Notes: generated from the sequence alone by a model not told the origin. A stretch of DNA of 64,000 nucleotides from Candidatus Latescibacterota bacterium (GCA_965116875.1 OZ220733.1:1984001-2048000), one strand, 5' to 3'. Numbered from the stretch's first letter, positions 1 to 10,214 are shown. Program-made: numbers and translations.

Positions 1-152
1 CGACCGTCGCCAGGGTCCTTTTCGAACGCGGCGCCGATCCGGAGTGGGTCAACCCGGCCGGTGAATCCGCATACCAGCAGGCAAAGTCTGGCGGACACAA
101 GATCGTCATGGACTGGATGAAGGCGCGCGGCATCGCGCCCGATGAGACATGA
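1..152 (+). CDS. Ankyrin-repeat-like protein, C-terminal fragment (5' truncated by window)
   Basis: Frame from nt 3 reads TVARVLFERGADPEWVNPAGESAYQQAKSGGHKIVMDWMKARG...*, matching the ankyrin pattern LxxGADx...GxTxL...GHxxxv; TGA at 150-152. Confidence 0.6.
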   Translation, partial: TVARVLFERGADPEWVNPAGESAYQQAKSGGHKIVMDWMKARGIAPDET

Positions 153-200
153 GCAGACGGGTACGTGCAGACTGTGGAGCGCGATTTCGAGTTCGAAGTC

Positions 201-228
201 TTGACAGACCCTTGGCGTGGGCTATATT
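201..228 (+). promoter_or_regulatory. sigma70-like promoter of the DUF433/DUF5615 operon
   Basis: TTGACA (201-206), 16 nt spacer, TATATT (223-228). Confidence 0.6.
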
Positions 229-278
229 TCCCTTGTGTCAACCATATTGGATGAAGTCTTTATGTAGGAGAGCGTGTT

Positions 279-503
279 ATGGCGACCCTGATGGACCGTA
301 TCACGGTAAATTCGAAACAGTGCGGGGGACGTCCCTGTATAAGAGGTATGCGCATTCGCGTGGCTGACGTATTGAATCTGCTTGCTCACGACCTCACTCG
401 TGAACAGATTCTTGTTGAGCATCCGGACCTCGAGCTTGAGGACATTCGTGCCTGTCTGCGTTTTGCGAGTGACCGGCTGAATCACCCGGTTCTCGCCGCA
501 TGA
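279..503 (+). CDS. DUF433-family antitoxin
   Basis: RITVNSKQCGGRPCIRGMRIRVADVL...EHPDLELEDIRACLRFA is the typical DUF433 signature; overlaps next gene (ATGA). Confidence 0.9.
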   Translation: MATLMDRITVNSKQCGGRPCIRGMRIRVADVLNLLAHDLTREQILVEHPDLELEDIRACLRFASDRLNHPVLAA

Positions 504-841
504 CACTTTGGCTCGATGCGCATCTCTCGCCTCATCTTGTTTCCTGGATTCAAGATACGTTCGGCGTAGACGTGGTACACATTCGCGATCTACATCTAAC
601 GCAGGCGGAGGATTCTGAGATTTTCAATCGAGCTCGAATTGCTGACGCAATTGTGATTACTAAGGACCGGGACTTTGTTGAGCAATTGAATCGACTGGGT
701 CCGCCTCCGAAAGTTATCTGGTGTACCTGTGGCAATACTTCCAATAATCGTTTGAGAGCTATTTTATCTGAAACGCTGGGAGATGCACTTGATCTGCTGA
801 ATCGAGGAGAAAGATTGGTGGAAATCAGCGACACAGATTGA
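500..841 (+). CDS. DUF5615/Mut7-C PIN-like toxin
   Basis: LWLDAHLSP...DSEIF...VITKDRDF...PPKVIW..CGNTSN; coupled to DUF433. Confidence 0.85.
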   Translation: MTLWLDAHLSPHLVSWIQDTFGVDVVHIRDLHLTQAEDSEIFNRARIADAIVITKDRDFVEQLNRLGPPPKVIWCTCGNTSNNRLRAILSETLGDALDLLNRGERLVEISDTD

Positions 842-878
842 GCGTTTGCCATGGGATCGACCCCATAGGGCACTTGAC

Positions 879-1457
879 GTGAGTCCCGAAGAATTCCCCA
901 TCGTCTTCCTGGGCAACGACTCGCAGGGTGGGTCGTATATACTGCGGATTCGCCTTGCGGAGCATACGGCGCTTCAATTCGGCGGATTCAGGGGCGGAAA
1001 GACCATCGAGCTTCCGTCGGGTGAGTACATCTACGTCGGATCGGCGGGGTCGGAGAAAGGCGCCGCGTCGCTGGCCAACCGCCTTGTCCGTCACGCCACG
1101 CGCATCGGCGGGAAGGAACCGCACAAAATCCGCCGCGAAATGTTACGTAGATTCAGTTCCATCGGCCTGGGAAACGGAAACCTCAAGCCCACCGGCCAAA
1201 AGAACCTGCACTGGAACATCGACCACCTGCTCGACCTGCCGGCTGCCGAACTGAACGGCGTCTGCATCCTTCGGACCCCTGGCAATTTCGAAGAACGCCT
1301 GGGACGATTCCTGGAGCGCGATCCCCACACCGTCGTTATCGAAAAAGGGCTGGGCGCAAACGACGCGCCCGGCAACACCCACCTCCTGCGCCTCGCGGCC
1401 GGCGACGCGTGGTGGGCTACACTTCCCGATCGGCTCAATGCCCAATTCGATATCTGA
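879..1457 (+). CDS. DUF123 / GIY-YIG (Uri)-like nuclease family protein (start 846 or 879)
   Basis: GGSYILRI...GEYIYVGSA...RLVRH...LHWNIDHLL...GLGAND..GNTHL. Confidence 0.75.
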   Translation: MSPEEFPIVFLGNDSQGGSYILRIRLAEHTALQFGGFRGGKTIELPSGEYIYVGSAGSEKGAASLANRLVRHATRIGGKEPHKIRREMLRRFSSIGLGNGNLKPTGQKNLHWNIDHLLDLPAAELNGVCILRTPGNFEERLGRFLERDPHTVVIEKGLGANDAPGNTHLLRLAAGDAWWATLPDRLNAQFDI

Positions 1458-1478
1458 CGCGTCCGGTGCGCCGAAAAT

Positions 1479-1504
1479 AGGGCAACGACAAGGTCTGTCC
1501 CTAC
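1479..1504. repeat. REP-like palindrome (degenerate GGGC..CACAAGG..CCCTAC type)
   Basis: AGGGCAACGACAAGGTCTGTCCCTAC between convergent genes; resembles copies at 19392 and 19466. Confidence 0.45.
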
Positions 1505-1585
1505 ATGCGCACGATCTACGTAGACGGAATTTCAGAGATGGAAAATGCGACTGATGGATGGCGGTCCGGAGGGAGAGATTCCTGC

Positions 1586-2608
1586 TCAGGTATCCTGACT
1601 GGATTCCTCAAACCGCTGCAGCACCTGTTCGGGTGACGCGGCGCCGGTTGTCCCAATTTGCTGGATGGTGATGGATGATACCAGTACGCCGACGCGGGCG
1701 GCATTGACGCAGGACGCGCCGGCGCAAAGCGCGGAGACGATCCCCGCGGAAACGCTGTCCCCCGCGCCCACGATATCGATGGGACCGGGCACGGGGATAC
1801 CGGGAACGTGTTGAGTCGCCTCCCCTTCGGCGCAGAGGATACCCTCAGGCCCAAGGGTGATAAATACGGGCTGTCCGGTGCGTTCCAGGAGGTACCGAAT
1901 GGCGGCGTCCGGACAGTTCGCGCCTTTCCTCCCGGAATCCGTTGAAGCCGCCCTGATCGCCTCTTCGCGGTTGACCTTGACCGTCACGTTCCGGAAAAGG
2001 CCGATGTGCGATCGGGAATCCGCAAGAAAAATGACGTCCGGATACTCAGTCGCGAGGCCCGCAATGCCCTCGCGAACCCGATCCGTAATGACGCCGCAAT
2101 TACGTTCCTGGACCTGGTCGAGTACAATCACACCGTGGACCTCGCCCAACCGTTTCTCCAGGGTGGCGAGAATGCGGTCTTCCACGTGTCGTGGAAGGGC
2201 CGAGCGATTCTTGATATCCAATCGCTCCATCTCCTTCCCGGTTGTGCTGAGAACCGGTTTGGTATAGGTTGGCGTGACGCGGCCGGGGATCTCCATCAGA
2301 TCTCGCGTATCGACACTGGATGCATGCAGCCCCGCCTTCAGATCGTACCCCTGTCCATCATCCCCAATCACCCCCAGCGCACGGATCTGTCCCACCTCAA
2401 GCGCATTCAGGTTACCGGTCACGGTTCCGGCAGCACCCGGCCGGTTTCGGACCTGTACGACCTGGCGGGCTTCCAGTCCGGTCTCCAGGGAGACTTCGGC
2501 GAGGGCAGGATCGACTTCGAGATAGCGATCCAGGAAGTAGTCCCCGATAACCAGGATCGCCAGATCCGAAAACGTACTCAGCAGCTTTTTCATTTCGGAA
2601 TGGGTCAT
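1586..2608 (-). CDS. PfkB-family carbohydrate kinase (RfaE/HldE domain-I-like)
   Basis: ILVIGDYFLDRY, PGAAGTV, and C-terminal DIVGAGDS PfkB motif. Confidence 0.85.
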   Translation of the reverse strand: MTHSEMKKLLSTFSDLAILVIGDYFLDRYLEVDPALAEVSLETGLEARQVVQVRNRPGAAGTVTGNLNALEVGQIRALGVIGDDGQGYDLKAGLHASSVDTRDLMEIPGRVTPTYTKPVLSTTGKEMERLDIKNRSALPRHVEDRILATLEKRLGEVHGVIVLDQVQERNCGVITDRVREGIAGLATEYPDVIFLADSRSHIGLFRNVTVKVNREEAIRAASTDSGRKGANCPDAAIRYLLERTGQPVFITLGPEGILCAEGEATQHVPGIPVPGPIDIVGAGDSVSAGIVSALCAGASCVNAARVGVLVSSITIQQIGTTGAASPEQVLQRFEESSQDT

Positions 2609-2630
2609 CAAATAACCGGGTCGTCCCGGA

Positions 2631-3476
2631 CTACGCGTCGAGGAGATAGTCCACGAGCAACTCCTGGCATCGGAAGTCCGGTACAATCAGGTCCGCTCCC
2701 GCTTGAATCAGTCGTTCGCGTTTCCACGCATTCACACCCTGGCGAAGGGCCTCATCAGATGCGACGCCCACGGCCGTTCCACCCGCCGACTTGACGTTTT
2801 CGATCTCTACGTATCCATCGCCAAAGCCCAGCAATTCCTCACCCTCGATCCCTTGCGAGGCAATCAGATCCCGGATTACCCTTTCTTTTGAAAAGTCCTG
2901 GTATCGGTCCAGCGCGCCGTACACGCGGTCTTCGAAGAAGGGCGTCAGCCCCAGAAGATCGGCCTCCTCTTTTACGTATACCTCGTCGGTGCCGCTTGCA
3001 AGGTACAGCGCGAATCCCCGGCGTTCCAGGTTGCGCAGAAGATCCAGAGACCCGGGCACCATCAGGTCTTCCATTTCAACAACACCGGAACGCAGACCTT
3101 GAATGCGGTCCCTTATGTGGCGGTTGAGCCGTTCGTGATATCGGTGTTTGTACGCCACCGGATCCGGAGGCTTGCCGCCGCGTTTTCGCACTTCCCCGGC
3201 GAGCTGGATCATCTGGTAGATCGTCTGTTTGCCGGTAAGCCGGTCGACAAAATCAGCCACAATCCGTGACAGTTGCGCCTCGGTTTCGCCGGTGCGGCAT
3301 CCGCCGAGCGTTTCGACCATCATCGGCACCATAATTTCCCGCCAGCCCTCGCGAATCAGCGAGAGCGTTCCGTCGAAATCGAAAAGCGCCGAGCGGAAGC
3401 GACCCCGGGCAATGCCGTCGTTCACACGTTCTATATCAGCCATACGCAAGGCATCGAGACGATCCGGCATAGACAC
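2631..3476 (-). CDS. HAD-superfamily hydrolase
   Basis: ALFDFDGTLS motif I, LYLASGT motif II, GFGDGYVE motif IV. Confidence 0.85.
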   Translation of the reverse strand: MSMPDRLDALRMADIERVNDGIARGRFRSALFDFDGTLSLIREGWREIMVPMMVETLGGCRTGETEAQLSRIVADFVDRLTGKQTIYQMIQLAGEVRKRGGKPPDPVAYKHRYHERLNRHIRDRIQGLRSGVVEMEDLMVPGSLDLLRNLERRGFALYLASGTDEVYVKEEADLLGLTPFFEDRVYGALDRYQDFSKERVIRDLIASQGIEGEELLGFGDGYVEIENVKSAGGTAVGVASDEALRQGVNAWKRERLIQAGADLIVPDFRCQELLVDYLLDA

Positions 3477-3788
3477 TGATTCCCTTCTTTCTTTAGAAAA
3501 AACGCGTTATTGTCCGGCGGCGATTCTCCGGAATGCCAATCTAAATGTGCCGCCACAATTGTCAAGGCATTTAACCCCAATTCGAATAAAACAGCAACCG
3601 GCCCTCGCGGTCAAAAAAATCTGCGTTGCGCGCCCTCGGCGGCACAGCGACGGTTTCAACGGACGGTTCAGCGCTCGTTCTTCGAGTTCAAATCTGCTTG
3701 TGAAATTTCAATTCTGCATTATCTTAATACTGTATGTGTTTTGTCATTCATGTTGAAGGAGGTTGAACGGACGTATCAGGGTCTGGCT

Positions 3789-4457
3789 ATGGATCGGCGG
3801 GTTGTGCAGCGTTCGTCCACCAGAACGGGTGAATTGCAGCTTGCGTCCGTTGAAGCCGGCACGGTCACCCATTTCGAACTCATCGTCAACGGTGTTTTCC
3901 TGATGGCCACCTACAATGCGTCTTCCAATCGCGCATTGATCGACACGGTCATGGAAACATCGAAATCCGGCAGGCACATCAACCTGCTTATCGGTGGTTT
4001 GGGATTGGGAATCTCCCTTCGACAGGCGCTCGCCTATTCAAACGTGCGTTCCGTGTGTGTCGTGGAACTCGAATCCCGTGTTGTAAACTGGAATCGCGAT
4101 TACCTGGACAACGCCGACGTTCTCGACGATGAGCGCACGGAGATGGTCGTCGGCGATTTTTACGAATACGTACAGGGAAATCCCCGAAGCTATCACGGCA
4201 TCGCGCTGGATATCGACAACGGTCCCGACTGGGTGGTGCGACCGGAAAACCGGCGCGCGTACAGCGTTTCAGCACTTCAGACGCTAAGGACACGGTTGCG
4301 TCCGGATGGTACCCTGGCGATCTGGAGCCATGCTGTCAACCGCTCGTACGAACGCGCGCTGGACCGTGTCTTCGGCGGGGTGACTTTTCAACAAACGTGT
4401 GACCGCAGCCTGACCGGAAAACCGCTCGAGAGTGTAATCTACTCGGTTCGGGCCTGA
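3789..4457 (+). CDS. Spermidine synthase-like SAM-binding protein (start 3750 or 3789)
   Basis: FELIVNGVFLM, LLIGGLGLG, VVELE, IALDIDNGPDW. Confidence 0.8.
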   Translation: MDRRVVQRSSTRTGELQLASVEAGTVTHFELIVNGVFLMATYNASSNRALIDTVMETSKSGRHINLLIGGLGLGISLRQALAYSNVRSVCVVELESRVVNWNRDYLDNADVLDDERTEMVVGDFYEYVQGNPRSYHGIALDIDNGPDWVVRPENRRAYSVSALQTLRTRLRPDGTLAIWSHAVNRSYERALDRVFGGVTFQQTCDRSLTGKPLESVIYSVRA

Positions 4458-4487
4458 CCGGCAGGTGCAGACGACTGGAAAGGAATT

Positions 4488-5798
4488 GTGTGGATGAACA
4501 AAGACTCACTTACCATAACGGACAATCGCACCGGAAAGACTTATCAGGTACCCATTCTTTATGGCACATACCCCGAATACGGGGCCGCCATTCGAACCGC
4601 TGACCTGAATCAAATCAAGGTTTCGGAGGACGATTTCGGGCTTCTCGGATACGACCCGTCGTATCTGAATACCGGTTCCTGCCAGAGTTCCGTGACGTTT
4701 ATCGACGGAGAGAAGGGCATCCTCAGATATCGTGGGTATCCGATCGAGCAGCTTGCACAGCACAGTACCTACCTCGAGACGTCGTATCTGCTGTTATACG
4801 GCGAACTGCCGTCACAGTCGCAACTGGATGCCTGGAACGAATCGGTGATGGCGTACGTCAAAGCCGAACCGAAGTTGACCGGTCTGGTAAGCGGATTTAA
4901 AAGGGGTTCCCATGCAATGGGGATGATGGTGGGCGTGCTGGGGTCTCTGTCCACATTCTACGACAATGCGAGAGACATCGGCACGGAGGAGGTTCAGGAA
5001 CAGCACATCCTCCGGCTGATGGGCATCGCCCCGGTCGCTGCGGCAGCCGTGTATCGCCAGAGCCAGGGGCTGCCTGTTGTGGACCCCGACCCGTCATTGG
5101 GATTCTGCGCCAACTATCTGAAAATGCTGTTCGAAGGTACGAGCGCATATAAGTCCGACCCTGCTCTGGTACGGGCATTGGAAGTCCTTCTCATTTTGCA
5201 CGCCGACCACGAACAGAACTGCAGCGCGAGTACCATGCGCGGGATTGGCAGCAGCGGAGCAGACCCGTATTCGGCGGCGGCGGGAGCGGCCGGCGCGTTG
5301 TACGGACCGGCGCATGGCGGGGCGAATGAAGCCGTCTTGAAAATGCTGAATGAGATCGGGTCGGTCGACAATATCCCGGCCTACATCGAGCGGGTACACA
5401 ACCGCGAAGTGCGTCTGCAGGGTTTCGGGCACCGGGTTTACAAGAACTACGATCCCAGAGCGGCGATCATCAAGAAGACGGCAGAGGAAGTATTCGAAGT
5501 CACCGGGAAGAACCCGCTCATCGACATCGCGGTGGAACTGGAGCGCATTGCACTTGAAGAAGAATATTTCATTTCTCGCAGTCTGTATCCGAACGTCGAT
5601 TTTTATTCGGGTATCATCTACCAGGCGATGGGTCTGCCCACGGACATGATGACAGTGATGTTCGCAGTGGGCCGAATGCCGGGATGGCTGGCGCAGTGGA
5701 AAGAACTGATGCACGATCAGGAGCAGCGCATCGCGCGTCCGCGGCAGATCTACATGGGTGAAGATATCCGGGACTATACGCCGATGGGAGAGAGGTAG
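4488..5798 (+). CDS. gltA: Citrate synthase
   Basis: TFIDGEKGILRYRGYPIEQLA, LHADHEQNCS, GPAHGGANE, GFGHRVYKNYDPRA, LYPNVDFYSG. Confidence 0.97.
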   Translation: MWMNKDSLTITDNRTGKTYQVPILYGTYPEYGAAIRTADLNQIKVSEDDFGLLGYDPSYLNTGSCQSSVTFIDGEKGILRYRGYPIEQLAQHSTYLETSYLLLYGELPSQSQLDAWNESVMAYVKAEPKLTGLVSGFKRGSHAMGMMVGVLGSLSTFYDNARDIGTEEVQEQHILRLMGIAPVAAAAVYRQSQGLPVVDPDPSLGFCANYLKMLFEGTSAYKSDPALVRALEVLLILHADHEQNCSASTMRGIGSSGADPYSAAAGAAGALYGPAHGGANEAVLKMLNEIGSVDNIPAYIERVHNREVRLQGFGHRVYKNYDPRAAIIKKTAEEVFEVTGKNPLIDIAVELERIALEEEYFISRSLYPNVDFYSGIIYQAMGLPTDMMTVMFAVGRMPGWLAQWKELMHDQEQRIARPRQIYMGEDIRDYTPMGER

Positions 5799-5830
5799 GA
5801 GTCGGATCGGACGCGACATCGAATCGATAC

Positions 5831-5874
5831 AACAAGAGCGCAAAGGCCACCGGCTTTTGCGCTCTTGTTTTTTT
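5831..5874 (+). terminator. Intrinsic terminator after gltA
   Basis: AACAAGAGCGCAAAGGCC-ACC-GGCTTTTGCGCTCTTGTT followed by a T run. Confidence 0.85.
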
Positions 5875-5988
5875 GCCTGCCGGCATTGGCGATTGGCATC
5901 GCAATTACGTATCGCGACCCGTCTTGATTGACCGATGATCGCAAAACCACTTCACCGGGGAACCCGTCACAAAGGAACACACATATTG

Positions 5989-6279
5989 CTAATTCAATGG
6001 ATGTGCATCCATGTATTCGCGTACCGCATTCCTGATTACCGTTCGAATACCTCCACCATGTTTCCTGCAGTATTCAAAGGTTTCCCGGTCTATAGGAATC
6101 TGCGCCAGTATTTCGGTCTTTTCCCAATCTTCAGCGCTCGAGAAAGGTGGCGCGTCGGGGTCGGAACACGCCGCCGCGTTCAATTCGGCTTCCGTCAACA
6201 CGTTGACCCGATTCCAGTCTGACTGTGAATCTTCCGGCAGGTCATCGCGGGAATATCTCACGATATTTTCTTCGCTCAT
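5989..6279 (-). CDS. brnA: BrnA-like antitoxin
   Basis: SQSDWNRVNVLTEAEL...SDPDAPP...IPIDRETFEY...IRNAVREYM; overlaps brnT. Confidence 0.75.
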   Translation of the reverse strand: MSEENIVRYSRDDLPEDSQSDWNRVNVLTEAELNAAACSDPDAPPFSSAEDWEKTEILAQIPIDRETFEYCRKHGGGIRTVIRNAVREYMDAHPLN

Positions 6280-6517
6280 TTCGATTGGCTCTCCGTGCGG
6301 AGATGATTCGAAGGCGTGTGTTGCGAATGGCGTATACAACGTAGAGTTCAGAGTCTTCAACCTTGCCAACGGAAACGTATCGGATTTCTCCGTAGTCTTT
6401 CCGGTTATCGATAAAGGTGAATACGGGTCCATCAAAAACGCGCGCAGCCGACAAAAAGCTTACACCGTGTTTCCGGATATTCAACTCGTTCTTGCGTTCG
6501 TCCCATTCGAATTCCAT
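6242..6517 (-). CDS. brnT: BrnT-family ribonuclease toxin
   Basis: MEFEWDERKNELNIRKHGVSF...DYGEIRY...RIISARRAN..ER. Confidence 0.92.
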   Translation of the reverse strand: MEFEWDERKNELNIRKHGVSFLSAARVFDGPVFTFIDNRKDYGEIRYVSVGKVEDSELYVVYAIRNTRLRIISARRANRNERRKYREIFPR

Positions 6518-6571
6518 AGCCAGTTGATGTCAAAGATATGGGATCGGCCGTGTGTCGTCAAGGTTTGGCGA

Positions 6572-7339
6572 TCACTCCCCGTAGAGCTTTAATGGCGAAA
6601 GTGTGATGAGGGATGGCTCGTCGTCGAGGACGCGGGAGACGTGTTCGAGGGTTGGAACGACGCGGAAAGCCTGCCAGACAGAGGATCCCACGCAATGCTG
6701 GCTGACGAGACCGGCGGATTTTACGCGTTCGCCCATCACGCTGAAGTTGAAACCGGGCCACATGCGCGAGTCGCCGGTGCTGGCGTAATTGCGCTCGACC
6801 CACAGGGCCTGGCTGTAGTGGAATATGGAGCAGACGTTGAAGCCGACGCCCATGAGCAGGTAGAGGGCGTTGCGCGCCACCAGCCAGTCCCATGGTGAGC
6901 CGTGGCCGAACGCTTTCTCGTCCCACGGGCTGAAACGAGGCCCGGCGGACCTGTGTCCTCCCATCGCTGCCCCGGCATCGGCCCCGATGGCGGCAAGCGA
7001 GTCGCAGCAGTGGTCGCTGCGCACGGCTTCCGGACGCTGGCGGAAGACCTCGGTGATGTGTCCGACGTCCGATGGCGACGAATGGATGTTCCACGCTTCC
7101 AGGCGTGTCCGGTAGGTTGCGGACTCGCCATTGACTTTCTGAACGAATGTGGGAACGACCACGGTACCCGACTCGCCGACGGCTTCGACTGCCCCGTCGA
7201 TGACGGTATCCGCGCCGCCCTCAACGTATCCGAAACTCCTGAGGGAACTGTGAAAGAGTAACGCATCGCCTTCCCGAAGGCCGAGCGCGGCGAAGCCCTG
7301 AAGGATGTCGGATTTGCGGACTGTCGGACGGTTTGTCAT
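6572..7339 (-). CDS. AAC(3)-family (aminoglycoside N3-acetyltransferase-like) protein
   Basis: LGLREGDALLFHSSLRSFGYVEGGADTVIDG...GTVVVPTF...RSDH...SLAAIG...LLMGVGF. Confidence 0.85.
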   Translation of the reverse strand: MTNRPTVRKSDILQGFAALGLREGDALLFHSSLRSFGYVEGGADTVIDGAVEAVGESGTVVVPTFVQKVNGESATYRTRLEAWNIHSSPSDVGHITEVFRQRPEAVRSDHCCDSLAAIGADAGAAMGGHRSAGPRFSPWDEKAFGHGSPWDWLVARNALYLLMGVGFNVCSIFHYSQALWVERNYASTGDSRMWPGFNFSVMGERVKSAGLVSQHCVGSSVWQAFRVVPTLEHVSRVLDDEPSLITLSPLKLYGE

Positions 7340-7368
7340 GGAGTGACCGTAAACGGGGTCATAGCGGT

Positions 7369-8715
7369 TCAACGTCGGCTTCGAAGCGCGTCGTCGACTG
7401 CAGCTACAAGCTGATCGACGTGCCGGTCTTCCATTGGCAATGAGACGTTACCGCCCAGTTTCCAGTAGATCCCGCGATTGAGCAGGGCGAAGAACAGCCA
7501 CCGGTGCAGGAGCTGGTTGTCACGGGCCGCTTCGCGGTAGTTCCGGGGCCGTTCGGCGAGGAAATGTACGCGGAACAGGGAGCCCGCCGTGATGACCCGT
7601 GCCTGGACGCCCGCAACCTGAAAGACACATTCGAGTCCTTCGGCGAGGCGCTGTGTCAGGGATGCCAGCCGTTCGTAGGCTTCCGGCGTGAGAAGGCGCA
7701 GGGTGGTGAGGCCCGCGACGATGGCGATGGGGTTGGCGTTATAGGTGCCGGAGTGCGGGATTTCCGGCGCGCTTCCGGTGGGGTTGTAGAGATCCAGAAT
7801 GTCGGCACGTCCCCCGACCACGGCGCCGGGTGTGCCGCCGGCAACGACTTTGCCCAGACACGTGAGGTCGGGGCGCAGGCCGTACGTTTCCTGCGCGCCG
7901 CCGCGGGACACGCGGAAGCTGACGATTTCATCGAAGATGAGCAGGACGCCGGCGCGTTCGGTGATTTCACGGAGCCGCGACAGAAAACCGTCTTTCGGAA
8001 GGGTGAAGCCGGCCGCCGTCGAGAGCGGATCGACAATCACCGCGGCCAGATCGTCCCGGTGATCGTTGATAATTGAATCGCAGGCATCGGGGTCGTTGAA
8101 CGGGAGGACGATGACGTTCTCGACAGCCTGGGGCGTGAGGCCCCGCGAGGAAGCCACGGATTCGGGACGTTCGGGCGGTCCCAGATTCCCGTCCAGCGGA
8201 GGGACGTGACTCACCATGACGTATTCGTCCATCCCATGGTACGCCCCTTCGAATTTGGCGATTCTGTTTTTGCCGGTGAAAGCGCGGGCGGCGCGGATGG
8301 CATTCAGGACGGCTTCGGTGCCCGAGCTGCAGAAGCGCACTTTTTCAAACGATCCAACACGGTTCTTCAGAAATTCGGCCATTTCGACTTCGAGGGCCAG
8401 TGGACGCGAGAAGCCCGTGCCGTGAGGGATCCGCTCCTGGAGGGCGGCGACGATTTCGGGATGCGCATGCCCCAGGATGAGGGCGGTGTTGTTGTTCACG
8501 AAATCGAGAAGGCGGTGGCCGTCCAGATCGATGAGATGGACGCCTTCGCCGCGATCGGCGTAGACCGGAAAGGGGTCGAAGTGGACGCCGGTGCGCGTGT
8601 TCCCGCCGGGCAGAGACGCCTGGGCGCGCCGGAACATCCCCCGGGAGCCGGGGTGGTTGTCCATGTATTCGGCAATCTGCCTGTCCAGGGAGGCCTGGAG
8701 GTTTCGCGGTTCCAT
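7369..8715 (-). CDS. Class III PLP aminotransferase (glutamate-1-semialdehyde aminomutase-like)
   Basis: LPGGNTR, DLDGHRLLDF, RFCSSGTEA, KFEGAYHG, LIFDEIVSFR, PDLTCLGKVVAGG, SGTYNANP. Confidence 0.88.
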   Translation of the reverse strand: MEPRNLQASLDRQIAEYMDNHPGSRGMFRRAQASLPGGNTRTGVHFDPFPVYADRGEGVHLIDLDGHRLLDFVNNNTALILGHAHPEIVAALQERIPHGTGFSRPLALEVEMAEFLKNRVGSFEKVRFCSSGTEAVLNAIRAARAFTGKNRIAKFEGAYHGMDEYVMVSHVPPLDGNLGPPERPESVASSRGLTPQAVENVIVLPFNDPDACDSIINDHRDDLAAVIVDPLSTAAGFTLPKDGFLSRLREITERAGVLLIFDEIVSFRVSRGGAQETYGLRPDLTCLGKVVAGGTPGAVVGGRADILDLYNPTGSAPEIPHSGTYNANPIAIVAGLTTLRLLTPEAYERLASLTQRLAEGLECVFQVAGVQARVITAGSLFRVHFLAERPRNYREAARDNQLLHRWLFFALLNRGIYWKLGGNVSLPMEDRHVDQLVAAVDDALRSRR

Positions 8716-8959
8716 GAAATCCTCGGCGCAGTGAGGGGGGCGACCAGGATGGTGAGGAAAACCGGCTCTGGCGGACGGCGTTGACAGAAGCGCTTCAAAA
8801 TACCGAAAAACAGGGCGGAATTTCAACTGATGATTGCAGTCGGGGCCGGGCGTCCCGTTGGTTGTGGGAAGGGGTTGACTTGCCCGGGGTACCGGCGTAG
8901 CATATAGTGGACGTTCCAAAGAGTCGGATTTGATATCGACGAATGACGGAGGTGTCGTT

Positions 8960-9976
8960 ATGGCGGGCCTGGAAGTCGATGGGTTGCCGCGGGTTTCCAG
9001 CGACCTGGGGTTGGCGAAGTCAAATATCGAGACATACGGGTATTGTTTGCTGAAGGACGCGCTGAGCCAGGGCCAGGTTTCGGCCATGCGAGAAAGGCTG
9101 GTGGAGCAGGCGGCGGCGGAAAGGCAACTCGGCGCGGCGTAGGAAGACGGAGGACGTGACCAGAACTGGGGATCGTTCCGGGACGAAGGCGGTCGGGTGC
9201 GGCCCGAGGCGTTCACGGCTGCGCAGGGGGGCGTCAACCAGCGGCTGTGGATGTTGATCAATAAGGGACGGGTATTTCATGAGGTGTTGTTTCAGGAACG
9301 GGTCCGGGAAGTGATTGGCCACGTTCTGGGCGAGGAGTACCTGCTTTCGAGCTTTACCGCGAATATTGCCAAACCGGGCGGGGTGGAGATGGATCTGCAT
9401 ACCGACCAGTGGTGGATGCCCGCGCCCACGCGTCCAGGCCGGAAGGCATTGCCGGTGGGCTCGATCACCCGGGAGCAGTTCGACGTGGACTCTAACGAAG
9501 CATCGCCGATGATCGCACCCGCGGCAGCGGTGAACGTACTCTGGATGCTCGTCGATTTCACCCCCGGAAATGGGGCAACGCGGGTCGTTCCGGGAAGCCA
9601 CCTGTTCGGGCGGCAGCCGCACGGGACTTCCGATTTGGAGGCAGTTTCCGCGGAGGGTCCGGCCGGTACGGCCCTGATTATCGACGCGCGGATCTGGCAT
9701 GGGACCGGGGCCAACGTGACCTGCGGCGAACGGTTGGCGCTGCTCACGACCTTCTGCGGCCCGCAGTTCCGGCCCCAGGAGAATTTCACAGTGGGCACGT
9801 CGCCGGAGGTGTTGCGGGAAGCCTCTCCCGAGTTGCTGGCGCTGCTCGGGTTCAAGGTCTGGCACGCATACGGTCGCATCGAAAACCCTGCCGTGGAGTT
9901 CATTTCGCCCGGCGAGCCGTCGCTGGGAGAACTGCGTCCGGAGTCGTGCGATGGCATCCAGAGATCGGGTCGATAG
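8960..9976 (+). pseudogene. Phytanoyl-CoA dioxygenase (PhyH) family gene interrupted by one in-frame TAG (9140-9142)
   Basis: ORFs 8930-9142 and 9197-9976 share a frame; GGAGG before ATG 8960; LHTDQ, DFTPGNGATRVVPGSH and WHGTGAN motifs intact. Confidence 0.8.
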
Positions 9977-10214
9977 ACGGACCATATCAATCCATTGCAC
10001 CGGATGCCGGACGCTGCTTTACAGATACCGCAAGGGCGGTAGAGGCGGCCTGGTCAAGTGCTTCGTGGAACGCATTGTCGAGGATTTTACCCGCGGAGAC
10101 CTGAATTGTCCGGAATGCGGGCAGGCGTTTGCGCGTGAACGGGTAATAAGCGGGCGACCCGTCCACAAGATCATCCAGGGCAAGGTGTATACCCGGGGGA
10201 TGTCGAGAAAGTAA
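9951..10214 (+). CDS. Small conserved Zn-ribbon-like hypothetical protein
   Basis: CTGC...YRKGGRGGLVKC...CPECG; sits between PhyH and msrA. Confidence 0.7.
   Translation: MASRDRVDRRTISIHCTGCRTLLYRYRKGGRGGLVKCFVERIVEDFTRGDLNCPECGQAFARERVISGRPVHKIIQGKVYTRGMSRK

Noticed and set aside
6572-7339. Bona fide aminoglycoside resistance gene
   Set aside because: The AAC(3) fold is widespread with other substrates; it is co-oriented with an aminotransferase and has no mobile context.
8716-9261. 182-aa N-terminal extension of the aminotransferase
   Set aside because: It overlaps the divergent PhyH gene and promoter region; family similarity begins at MEPRNL (8715).
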